NCBI GenBank assembly: GCA_965112155.1
Contig: OZ218099.1
Reading direction: 5' to 3' (one strand)
Length of the DNA stretch: 64,000 bases
Source of the DNA: Podarcis liolepis
Taxonomy: Eukaryota
Shown: positions 45,983 to 57,700 of the stretch, piece by piece
Layout: every line of letters begins with the position of its first letter
How positions within the stretch are numbered: the stretch's first letter is position 1
Position numbers and translations under genes: made by a program
The notes under the pieces: model-generated
The model's database searches: none
Told to the model about the DNA's origin: nothing
What the model saw: the letters and a program-made list of their open reading frames with translations, nothing else

Positions 45983-48900
45983 TCAGTGAGAACTATGAAA
46001 AGCCTGCCAGACACAGGCAAGCTGCATGCTCTTTTCACAAATAAACAGACTGGTGGAGTTGCACGAGCCATTACGCCACTTATGGTTCTCTCCTTTATTC
46101 ATGACAACACAGTCTTTTGGATTACGGCCAGCTTTGCTAGTCGGTTCAGAAGGCCCCCATCGTCTGAAAAAGAAAAAGAAAAGCAAACATTTGCCTGGTG
46201 ATGAACTTGCCAAACTGTCAGTTCTCACTCGCCTCCTTCTTTCTAGTCACGTGTGGTTACTCTTCACATGCTCATCTCCTTCCCCACCCACCGAGAAATG
46301 CCCTTTGCCCCTTCGGTGCCATTTCTGATGCTTTTCTTTCAGGTGCTGATTTTGATTTAGTATTTGCATGCTGCTCTCCCAACAACAAAGCTGAACAACG
46401 AAGTACACGGGACCGTATTTCCATCCATAGAACCAGAGCTAAAAAACATAGTGGCATATCAGTCAAGTAGAAAACAAACCGTTCAATGAAGAGTTAATGC
46501 AGTTCAATACAAACTCATTAATAATAATACTAATAATAATTTACCAGAAATGTTTGCTGAGATAGGAAAGGGGCTGTTTCCTTACCCAGTGCAACAGCAC
46601 AATCCAGGCAGCAGCTTTTTTTTATAATTTCTGCCGCAAACTAAGGCAAGCCAGCTGGTCTCACTCAGCTCTGGACAGAGCACAAGCAATCCCTTGCAAA
46701 CTTTGCTGCCACTACTATAACCAGTGACATTACCGAAGTTGGAGTCCAAGCTCACCTCCATACCCCAACAATGTTGTAGCATGTGGCTGGGAGACCAGGG
46801 GAGCTGAGCTTTTTGGGGTCAAGGAGGATGAGTCCTCACTTTCTGAAGTCTTGTGATGAGATACTGAATTCCATAACAAGGCATCGTGTGACACGGTTCC
46901 GGGGGTTGGAGGGGGAGGCGAGAAACAGAGGGAGTGATGTGAATTCTGACTGAATGCTTTCTTTTGGCCACTTACTAAAAACCCGGATGTGCTGCTACCC
47001 CAACACAGATAGAAACAGTAATGCACATGGCAGTTTTCAGCTCAAAACTGCCCATTTAACATGGTTAGCCAGCTGTGCTTTTGAAACATCATGAGAGATC
47101 TGAGATAAATCGACTGAAAAGCAACACTCACGTGTAAGAGGCAGTTGTGCCATCCACCCACTTCCATGCCATTTCTGTTGTCATGTATCTTAAGCCAATC
47201 CACTGTGAGGTCTTCTTTTTCATGTTATAAACGAGGAAATCCTAGAAAAAGATAGAGAATTGATGGATTTTCTCCTCACCCGGTCCTCAGTGTTCCCAGC
47301 AGTGGGACTGGGGACCGCACCCCACGTTTATTTGTACAAATGTGAGTAAATCATATGCACAAATATGAGTAAATCATGTTCACATAGCTAAGAAGTAGAG
47401 CACACACTTAGCACGCTGAGGGGTGGGCAAACCTCTGCCTTCTTGTTTTTCTTGTCCTTTCAGGCCTCACATGGACAACTTAAAACGTAGCTAGGTTGTT
47501 CTTTTTCGCGACTGAAATTGAAGATGGTTTGGATGGGGTGTGTGTGTGTGGATACATTGACACGTGGTGCTTCATAAGAAACAACAAGATAGATATGAAT
47601 TTTTTCTAACATCACGTGCTCACTGCTTCCCAAACTGAATACAAAGCAAACAGGAATGTGCTCACACAGCCAGAGATTTCTTGTCTCCAAGCCCCAACTT
47701 TGGGACAGGGAATTTTAACTCTTGCGAAACGGTTACCGTATTTTTCCATCTATAAAACGCCCCCATGTATAATACTTCCCACCCCCATTTGGGGGGACTC
47801 AGTTTTAAGAAAATGAGGGGAGATGGCCCAAAGTTATTGAGCCTCTCACCCCACACAGCTGCGGGCAGGCAACACTGCCTAGATCATTTCCCGCACGCAG
47901 TGGCATCAGGGGAAGTTGCTCTCCTGCCAAAGAGCTGGCTGGCGGTGCACAGCTTCTCCCCCCCCCAACACAGCTGTTTGCAGGAACCCCCCCCCCCAGA
48001 TTGCTCCCCACTCGCTCCAGGATCGGGGGAAGCCACACTCCAGCCAGCAATGTGCCACTCCCCCCCCCCGCCCAACATGCCACTATCCATGTATTGGACA
48101 ATCCCAGGTTTTTTACATGATTTTAGAGTCAAAAAACCTTTTCCAATACATGGAAAAAACTGAATCTTCTTGCAACAATTTAGAACATAGAAAGCTGACA
48201 TTAGAAGAACATCTTTATTTACTTCTTTTATATATTTATTGAATCCACATCCCGCCTTCCTCCTGAAGCAGCCCAGGGTGGCAAACACAACAACATTTCA
48301 AAAACTAAACAGGCAAACAAAGCATTCTAAAAATAATTACAATTGAAAACATCTAAAAGCAGTTACAGGTAGAAACATTGCTAAAGACCTCATTCCCTCC
48401 AGTGCTCCCAGGGTTGCCTTTTACGTTATGTCTTTTTATGACTGTGGATTTAAGCCGACAGCTTTAAATGTTCTGTTGTGCTACCATTTACTGGTTGGTT
48501 TTGTGATCATTTTTCTTTTGCCACTGGAATAAACAAGAAACAAAGGCCTTTGGGGGGCAGGTGGAAACAAGCAGTACAATTTTGGAGGTCCTGCTTTAGC
48601 TTTTTGCCGCTTCGCAGGTAAGATTCACCTTCTGTTGTGTGGGCAGGACGGTCCCTCCCCTTACCTGGCCAATACCCTGGCAATGCCTCCCCAGGCGGCA
48701 CTGGGCAATTGGCTGAGGTAGGCGGAGACCTCCAGGTATCCAGCCTGGGGAGGATGAAGCCAGCCCGAACTACCAGGAGTCAGACTGGGATCCAGGGGGC
48801 TGTGCGCAACCATGCAAAAGGCACCCCCATTTAATGTGGGGAGTGGTCATTAGGAAGTATGCAAGGAGCAGCTTACTTGTACTGCAGACTCTCCAGAAGC

Positions 48901-51900
48901 ACATCTGGGAGAGACCTCAGCTTGAGAGACCTCAAAGAGCCTCTGCCAGGAGGACCAAAGACACCTCCATAGGAGGCATTTTTGTTTCGTTTGTTTACAT
49001 TTGATATAAAAGAACCAAAGTACAAGTTTGGCCCATGTGAAGAGTGTCTTAGGGGTGTGACACTGCTTTCTTATTGAACTTTCTTTACTGCAATAAACTT
49101 TTGTTCGATCATAATGAAAAACAAATTGTTATAGATTTGTGGAGGGGGACCTCTTCTAAACCCTAGAAATTAATAAATGGTAGGAATTTGATTATTTAGA
49201 GTACTGAAGGGAAGATTGCAAGCCAGTGGGGGAAAACAGGCTAAGCTTCCTTTCCAAGGCAGCTCTTCACCTGGGCATTAAACATGACAAAAGTTGTTGA
49301 TGGCTCAAAACGGATTCTTGGGCTTGGGCACACAGAGGTTGCCATGGTGATGGGGTGTGTGCTTAAGGTGTCAGGAAAGGAGAGTCTTCAGAGCAAGGTG
49401 AGCTGGGAAGGAGAAGGGGAAGAAAAAAGAGTGAGTTCCATCTTGGGCAGGCTGGCTGAAGACTGGCTGGGAGAGATGTCTTTGACTCCTGTGTTGCACT
49501 GGCTCTGGGAAACAAGTCCTGCTTGAGATCACCATGTTGTAAGATTGGGACTCCCAACATGCAGACTGAAGGTGTAAGTAGGTGAATAAACTATATTTCT
49601 TAAAGTCTCTGCCATTTCTCAATTCTCCAAAGGAACACAGACCCTGGGTGGGTGCCAGGAACTCCTTGGAATCTTGTTACCACTCGGGGGTCGCACCCAA
49701 CTTTTTTAGCAATATAAAAGAGACAATTTCATTTGAGAAGAAAGTAAAATTAATTGGAATAGCTGTTATTCGGGGTTCCCCAAGCTGATCTTTAACTACA
49801 CCTTTCCATGAGGTTATACCTAGCAGGTGTTTTTGTGTGCTGCCCTCCTTATTGTTCTGATTGGGAAGATTCAAGGTAGGTTGCAATCATAACATTCCTG
49901 GTAGCAGAAGAGGAGCTTCTTGTGCAAGATGTCCATCACAGGGAAAACTCACCTGTTCCTTTTCACTATCTATAATCACCAGATCTGCACTCAGGTCTTG
50001 GCAGGTGCTCCTGGCCTTTTCCCAAAAGACTTGTTTTCTGGAGTAGTAGTAGCATTTGTCCTGGAATTCATGCCATTTGAATGCACATATTGGAAAGCCT
50101 GCAATACACAGATTTGAGAAATAATGCAGCACAGAATGAATGCCTCTTTGTTTACAGGATGTTTTTGTGACTGGCACCACATACCACTACAGACGGACAC
50201 TTAGCAAATGCACACATGTGGCCTGTAGGTCTTTTCTGTTTATCCATATTGTAGTGCACAATGCCTCCACCAGTGTCTTCCCCATTGGTAGTGTGGCCTC
50301 TAGACTATTACTGGACTGGCAAAAAAAACTCTTTAGCATTCTGACTGATGCTAATTGATTCATACAGTAGCTTGAGCATTACATAACATTAGAACATAAG
50401 AAGAGCCTGCTGGACCAATGGCCCATCTAGTCCAGTGCTCTATTCTCACAGTGGCCAACCAGATGTCTTTAGAAAACCCACAAACAGGATTGGAGCACAA
50501 GAGTAGCCTCCCTGCTGTCCTGCGGTTTTGAGCAACTGTAGAGGCAGATAAGAGCCATCATGCTAAGCAGCCATTGATAGCTTTGTCCTCCATGAATTTG
50601 TCCAATCCTCTTTTAAAGCCATCCAAGTTGGGGGCCACCATTGCCTCCACTGGGCGCGAATGCCATGGTTAAACTATGTGCTACATGAAGTACTTTTTTC
50701 TTCTCTCTGTCCTGAAACCTCCACGATTCCACTTCATTGGATATCCGGGAGTTCTAGGGTTATAAGAAAGGGAGAACAATTTTTCTCTACACACTTCGTC
50801 CATGCCATGCATAATACTATGAATGTCTATCATGTGACCACTCGCTTGCCTTTTCTCTAAGCTAAAAAGTCCCAAGCGCTGCAGCCTTTCCGCAGAGGGG
50901 AGTCACTCCATCCTCTTGATCATTTTGGTTGCCCTTTTCTGAACTTTTTCCAACTCTAAAGCATCGGAATCCAGGCTCAACATATGCACGTGTGCTTGCC
51001 GGTCCTTGCCAGTTTTTGACATAGCAGGATGGGAGCTTGTTTCCTCCATGGCTCTTCTTCAAGAACAGAACTGGTGAGCAGAGCTCAGTCCTCTTGGAAA
51101 GGCACCATCAAGTTTAAGAGATCACTGTAACCAACCACAGGCCTTCAGTATTAGGGCTCCTATACAGTACAGTGAATGCCTGGGTACAATTTCAGCAGCT
51201 AAGTCACGCCTTGCCACAAGTCTGCAGAGGTCTGAAAATCTATGAAACCCTAAGGGACAGGAGTTTTAATATTGAAAGGAAGGCCAGACCATGTCACGTT
51301 CTTTTCTGCAACTTCTGTAAGACTTAGTCAGTGAACCCACAAACATAAACCCAGCGGATCCAGCCCTGGAGCAGTCATTGCCCATGGCCTGCTATGGAGG
51401 ATGCAGACTCAAGCTAGCAATTAGCTTCAAACCTGGACTTACATCTGAGAAATGCAATCACAAAGGCAGCATTTGCCATTATCAGGGAAAAGATTGTCAG
51501 AAGGTAGATTACGAAAAAGGTTATCCTGTGGCGGTCCCATTTGCCAAAACTGGATGCAAACAGAGCTAGAAAGAAATGAGAAGACATTCACAAAAGTTAC
51601 TGCAGGAACAGCTTGTTTCAATTGCCAGGCTACTAGGCAAGGGAAAGGCATCTGTACAGTATCTGGGAGATTATCAATAGGATTATCAATAGGAACACAT
51701 GCAGCTCCTTTCCAATCATTCCCATATGATCAGTTTCTAAAATAATGTTGGTTGGCTTATTGTGCAAATGTATTTAACAGAGGCGTGTGTTGTTTTTTTA
51801 AAAAAGAAAGGCTTGGAAGCTGAAGCTAACCCACAAACCAACATCTATCTCATTCACATATCAACAGCATTGCTTTAAAAGTTAAAATAAAATATGTCCC

Positions 51901-52892
51901 CTTGGTAAAGAACAAAAGGTTCTGTACCTACAGTTATTCATTGTCAGAAGGATGGCTTTGGATTCTAAGTTTACATTGTGAGAGGAGGTTTCATGGCTGC
52001 CTTGTGCAGGAGGAAGGAGAGAGAGCAGAAGGAAGGAGTGGAGCTTAGGTGGTTAATGGGAAACCACAAAGTGGATTTTCCCTGACTGTCTGTTAGTGTC
52101 ATCCCTGCCCTCTACAGACTGGGGGCATGCAAGCTTACTGATACCCACTACTATATTCCATATAGACCAGAGTTTGCCAGCTTCTGGGGGCCAGTGGACA
52201 CATTTGGAATTTTGAGAATGTGCCGTGGGTAAGTAAGGTGGAACAACACAAAATGGCCACCATAGGGTGGGGCAGTATACAAAATGGTTCCATGTCTTTA
52301 AAAAAGAGCAGAAAAAGAGAAAGAAACACAAAAATGGTGCAGGCCCATCAATGGAAGAAAGGCACCTACACCAGCCACCACCATCCTTGCTCACAGAGAA
52401 AAGTTATTTGCACTTCGGCTCAGAATAGAAGGGAGAGAGGGTGTCCATCCTATCACCCAATGAAATGTGGGCATGTTTTAAGGGAGTGTGTTCAGTGTAG
52501 GAGAGGCCAAGCCAGTGCAAACAGTATCTTATGAATCGTGGATTTCTGAGGGGATATTCACTGACAAATTTCACAAGCCCTGTAGAAGACACTGTGCGTG
52601 CCATGCCGTCAAACCCTGAGACAGACAATAGTGCAGATCCTACCATTTCCAGATCTGCATTGTGCACATTCGAATATGAACGGTGGTCATGCAACTCTAA
52701 TGCTCCTGGGCCATAATTTCCAAGGGCAACATATGTGATGCTCCTTGAAAGGGCAGCCCATATTCTATGTTTTTCTGTCATTAACATTTTGATCTTGAGG
52801 GATGGGTAGAAGGTAGACTGGGGTCTACTGTTGGCTCTGTTTGTTATTTGCATTAGATTGGCAAAGGGCTTCTGATTCCCAATTGTTTAACA

Positions 52893-52947
<55 letters not shown>

Positions 52948-54088
52948 AGACACAACCTTCAAATTAGGCAGGTAACTGAGGAGGACAGAGAGTGGATTTT
53001 TGTGGGATAGGAATATGTGCTCAGTTATACCACCTTGAAAACAAATACCTGGGCTGAGCATGTACTCATCCTGTTTCCAGATCATCTGGAATTCAATTGA
53101 ATTCCCACCTGCAAAATAGTCTGGAAGTGGTCTAAGTATATGTCTGTCCCCAACATAGGTTTTACTCCTGTCTTCAATTGGTATGTCTTAGGGCTGAAAT
53201 CTGCCCTCTCCTGTTTAGGAACACAAGAACAAGGAGGGAGGGAATTGCCTTTATCAATAAGTTAATACTCACCACATTTCTGAGGAGCATAAGTCAACTT
53301 AAAAACTGTTGTTTTCAGTATTGCACACTCCATTAGACATGTTTACATTTTTTTTTAACATGTAAGAGGCAGATCATCTTAATATAATTATATAATCTTA
53401 ATATATAATTATAATCTATATTTCTCACCTTGCTCTATTTCCAGTTCTTTCTCTGGTAGTTTTATCATCAGCATGTCCTTGTCTACAATGTAGTCATAGC
53501 CCTGGTTGTTATTGTCATATACAATGGTCGCTCTCCCTCCGTCGCACCTCACATATTTTATCGAGTTTTTATTTTTAGTTAATGCACCTATGGAGGCATT
53601 CTTCCAAACACAGACCCATTTTTCTTGAGAGATGTTACTAGATCTCCCTCCCTTTAATTTTGTACAAGCTGTTCTTGAGCTGGCTAGCACCTTGGTATCA
53701 AGATCTGTTCCTCCATGCAGCCTTGGACAGAGCTACTTGGCGAGGCCACCTAAAGGTGAGGCAGAGCCCAGAAGGAAGGAAGCAGTAGCCACCCTTACAT
53801 TACTCAACTTGACAATTGTACATGCTGGGAACTGTCAGGGGACCTACACAAATATTTTGAGGCTAAGGTGTTGCTAAAGCTTATGCTTTGGGAATGTAGA
53901 GTCTGTTCCTTTGAGCACATGATCAGCTCAGGAGAAATGAGGAAGCCACGGAACTGAAATTAGGGGAAAGGAAGCCAATGTCAATGTTTACCTGTTCCTC
54001 CATGTTTTGAGGACATTTCCGAAGCATGGGACAGTTTCTCTGAAACAATTTCATTCTGATACTCTTCATTCTCATAGCCGTCATCCAT
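45983..54088 (-). CDS. Lectin gene D: type II transmembrane C-type lectin-like receptor, ~271 aa, 6 coding exons
   Basis: Exons 54088-53992 (MDDGYENEEYQNEIVSEK..), 53587-53429 (..TIVYDNNNQGYDYIV..; acceptor less certain), 51565-51443 (TM), 50098-49953 (CAFKWHEFQDKCYYYS..WEKARSTC), 47241-47132 (QWIGLRY..WKWVDGT), 46163-45983 (WGPSEPT..DCVVM..KWRNGSC..FICEK..ACVWQAFHSSH*). Confidence 0.87.
50390..50965 (-). mobile_element. CR1 LINE 3' end
   Basis: LGLFSLEKR..G.MI...FRTERRKKYF on the minus strand; aacataagaagagcc tail. Confidence 0.8.
52900..52945. repeat. (CA)n microsatellite
   Basis: Direct reading. Confidence 0.95.
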
Positions 54089-54144
54089 GGTGGCCTCAAA
54101 TCTTCTTCTGTAATGGTTTCCAAAGTAATCGGCAACCGGATACT

Positions 54145-54195
54145 TCTGCTTTCTTTCTATCACTATCAGCTTCCTCTATGTAATAAACCACAGGA
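54145..54195 (-). promoter_or_regulatory. Conserved RUNX-ETS-GATA promoter module of lectin D
   Basis: Minus strand reads ccTGTGGTTtattacatagAGGAAGcTGATAGtgatagaaag. Confidence 0.6.
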
Positions 54196-54780
54196 AAGCC
54201 AGGCACCCTGATGCTTGACTAATGCCTCACTGCTCAAGGGTGGGGGGAATATATATTATTGTTAACTAGATAAGCCACTGGGAAAGTGCCATTCTCGCAG
54301 TCAAATCACCACCTCAGGAAAGGGGCAAGGGATAGCCCTTCCCTAGCTAAGGATGGCTGAACTGCTTAGTTGTGTACAGTCTAACTGTGTATGTGTACAT
54401 TTGTGAATGGAATTGTTGCAGAGACAAAGAGCTAAAGCCTTCTTTTGCCATTAACAGTCCTGAGCGAGCTGCCCCCTCAAAAGATGGGTACACATATTTC
54501 TTTAATAAGAAAAAAAGACAGCTATGCAGTGGCAAAGTACATGACAAGCATCATCACTGTAGGAGGCAGTAGGCCCTATGAGGGGACATATTGTTTAGTT
54601 ATTATCCTTCCTTGCTTACGTAAGTGAGATCAGCAGAGTACCATCATTTGCAGCTTAAACTTGGAAACTAAGACAAGGTTGATTAAACCTTCTATAAACA
54701 ATAATCCAGGATGCTTTAAACAGATTGGGTTTTCCTGCTATTACACTTTCTCCTCCTTAACACAAACTCACATTAGAGTT

Positions 54781-57700
54781 GTTGTTTTTTAATATTTATT
54801 TATACAACAAGAAAAACACACACACAAAAACACAAATACCAAATTACACACAAATTACAAAAATAACCATAGACACACAATTTTCTTGACAAACAATAAA
54901 ACATCTATTGGTCTTAACACTAAAAACCCAACTTCCTGTCTATTCCATATTTCAAATTCATATTACTTATTGCCAATACACATTTTTTTCCTAATTAAAC
55001 TTATTCTCAATAAATCTAATTTCTTCTATCTACCTAGCAACTATTACTGAAGTTCCTCGAATGCTGCAACATAATTTAAACTACTATATTTATTTTTCAG
55101 ATATTCTTTGAAAACCTCCCATTTAGAAACAAATTCCTGATATTCTTTATTTTTTCTGATAAACCATCTAATTCGGCATATTCTGTCAGCTTTTGGGTCC
55201 AATCTTGTATAGAGGGGATTTCATTACTTTTCCATTTTGCTGCGATCAAAACTCTTGCTGCTGCCGTCGCATATAAAAAGATACCCTTCCTCTTTTGTGG
55301 AATATCCAAATCTGTTATTCCCAGGAGGTAGGCCTCTGGTTTTTTATTGAAAGAGATCTTTAGCATTTTTTGCAGTTCTGCATGTATACTCTCCCAGAAT
55401 ACCTGTATTTTCCTACATATCCACCAAATATGGTAGAATGTTCCTGAGTCTCCGCATCTCCAACAATTACTTGACACATTTTTATACATTTTTGAAAGTT
55501 TCCATGGTGTTAGATACCATCGATGTTGTATTTTTTGAAAGTTCTCTCTAATCGTGTAACAGTTTGTGAATTTCCAATTGATCTTCCATAAATTTTCCCA
55601 TTAGGCCATGGTTATTGAATGGCCAAAATCCTGGGACCACCTCACCATTGCCACTGTTACCTCCTCCTCCTTGACTGTCCAGTCAAGAAGGAGTCGGTAA
55701 GTTTTGGAAAGAGTTTTTCTTTTAGAATTTACAAGATCAGATTCGAATCGGGAAATTTCTGTTGAGAACCCCTTTTGTTTGTCAGATTTAAATTTTTCAA
55801 ATAACTGATGGTATTGGAACCAGTGTGAAATGTGTTCTCTTATTTCCTCAAAGTTTTTTTAATTTTATTTGGTTATCTTCATTTTTTAGAAGTATTTTAT
55901 ATGTTGGCCAGCTTTCCTGAGTATTTTTCCGTTTTACTCCTATAGCTTCTACTGGAGAAGTCCACCACGGGACTTTAGGCTCCATCAGGTCTTTATATTT
56001 TTCCCATACAGCAAAGAGTGACTTTCTTATTATATGGTTGGTAAAATTTTTATGAATTTTCACTTTTCCATATATTAGATAGGCGTGCCATCCCCAACGG
56101 TTGTCAAAACCTTCCAGGTCCAGGAGGTCCGGATCCTGCAACGTGCACCAATCTTTTAGCCAGGTGAAACAGGCTGCCTCGTATTAAAGTTTTAGGTCGG
56201 GTAGGGAAAAGCCTCCTCTCTCTTTTATGTCTATTAAGATCAGGTGTTTAACCCTAGGTTTCTTCCCTTCCCACAGGAATTTGGATATTTCTCTTTGCCA
56301 TATCTTGAGTCAACCTGCTTCACCCAGTATTGGAATCATTTGAAATAAAAAGATTAATTTTCGAAGCACATTCATCTTTATAATGGAAATCTTACCCAGA
56401 AATGTTAATTTTAGTTTACTCCAGGTACCAAGTTTTTTCTAATCTCTAACCAAGTTTTGGTGTAATTATCCTGAAATAAGTTTATGTTCTTGGGGGTGAT
56501 CCAAATACCCAAGTATTTCGCTTTTGAAGAGATTTTCAGGCCCAATATTTTTTCTAAGTCGTCCTTTTCTTCTGTGGTTACATTTTTAACAAGCATTTTT
56601 GGTTTTGTTATATTCAGCTTAAAGCCTGCCACTTCTCCAAATTCTTTAATCAGTTCCAGCACTCTTTTCAGACTTTCTTTAGGGTTTTCAGTCATAACAA
56701 GTAAATCGTCTGTGAAAGCTTTAATTTTATATGTTTTGTTTCCCAGAGTGATGCCTTTAACAAGCTGATCCTTTCTTATCTGATTGTTCAAGACTTCCAT
56801 CACCAAGATAAATATCAGTGGAGACAGTGGACAGCCCTGTCTGGTTCCCTTGTTTATTTTGCACTCCTCAGTAATTCTTCCGTTGATTATCAATTTTGCA
56901 TATTGTTCCGAATAGATGGTATTTATTCCTTTACAAATATTTTCTCCCAGTCCGATTTCTTCCATTAATTTTTTCATAAACTTCCAGGACACGTTATCAA
57001 AAGCTTTTTCAGCGTCCACCAGCATAATAGCTGCTGGTTTATCAATTTTAATATCCAAATATTCTAATACATTAATCACACATCTAATATTGGACTGCAT
57101 AAATCATCCGGGAAGAAATCCGGTTTGATCTTTATGAATTATCTCTTTCAGCACCATTTTTAATCTATTTGCAAGAATGTCTGCGAATATCTTGTAATCG
57201 TTATTTAGCAGTGCAATGGGTCTGTAACTGGCCATGTTTGAAGCATCTGTTCCCTGTTTATGGATAAGAGTAATAAAGCTGTCCTTCCAGGTTTTCGGAA
57301 GCTTTCCATTTGTCAGAATATTAGGTCTTTCGTGGGAAGAAATAAAGCGTGTTCTAACTTTTTATCGTAATTAGCTGGAAGACCATCTACGCCCGGTGTC
57401 TTTCCTAATTTTGATCTCTGTATAGCTTGTTGCACCTTCATAGTTGTTATTGGTGAGTTCAAGATTTCAGTTTTTTCCTTAGGTATTATTGGTAGTTTAT
57501 TTTTGCCCAAATAATCAATTATTTTTTCTAGAGTCTCTGGACCTTCTTTATATAGTTTTCCGAAAAAACTAGCAAAGTTTTTACTAATTTTCTTTGGTTC
57601 TTGAATCCATTTGTCTTCAATTTTAATTTTATTGATAATTCTATCTTCCTTTTTCTTCTTTAATTGCCAGGCCAGAAGTTTGCCAGGTTTATTTGCAAAC

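Noticed and set aside
21895-54088. Assigning CD209, CLEC4G, FCER2 or CLEC17A symbols to lectins B-D
   Set aside because: No neck repeats, no EPN/WND motifs and different tails; orthology cannot be supported without a phylogeny.
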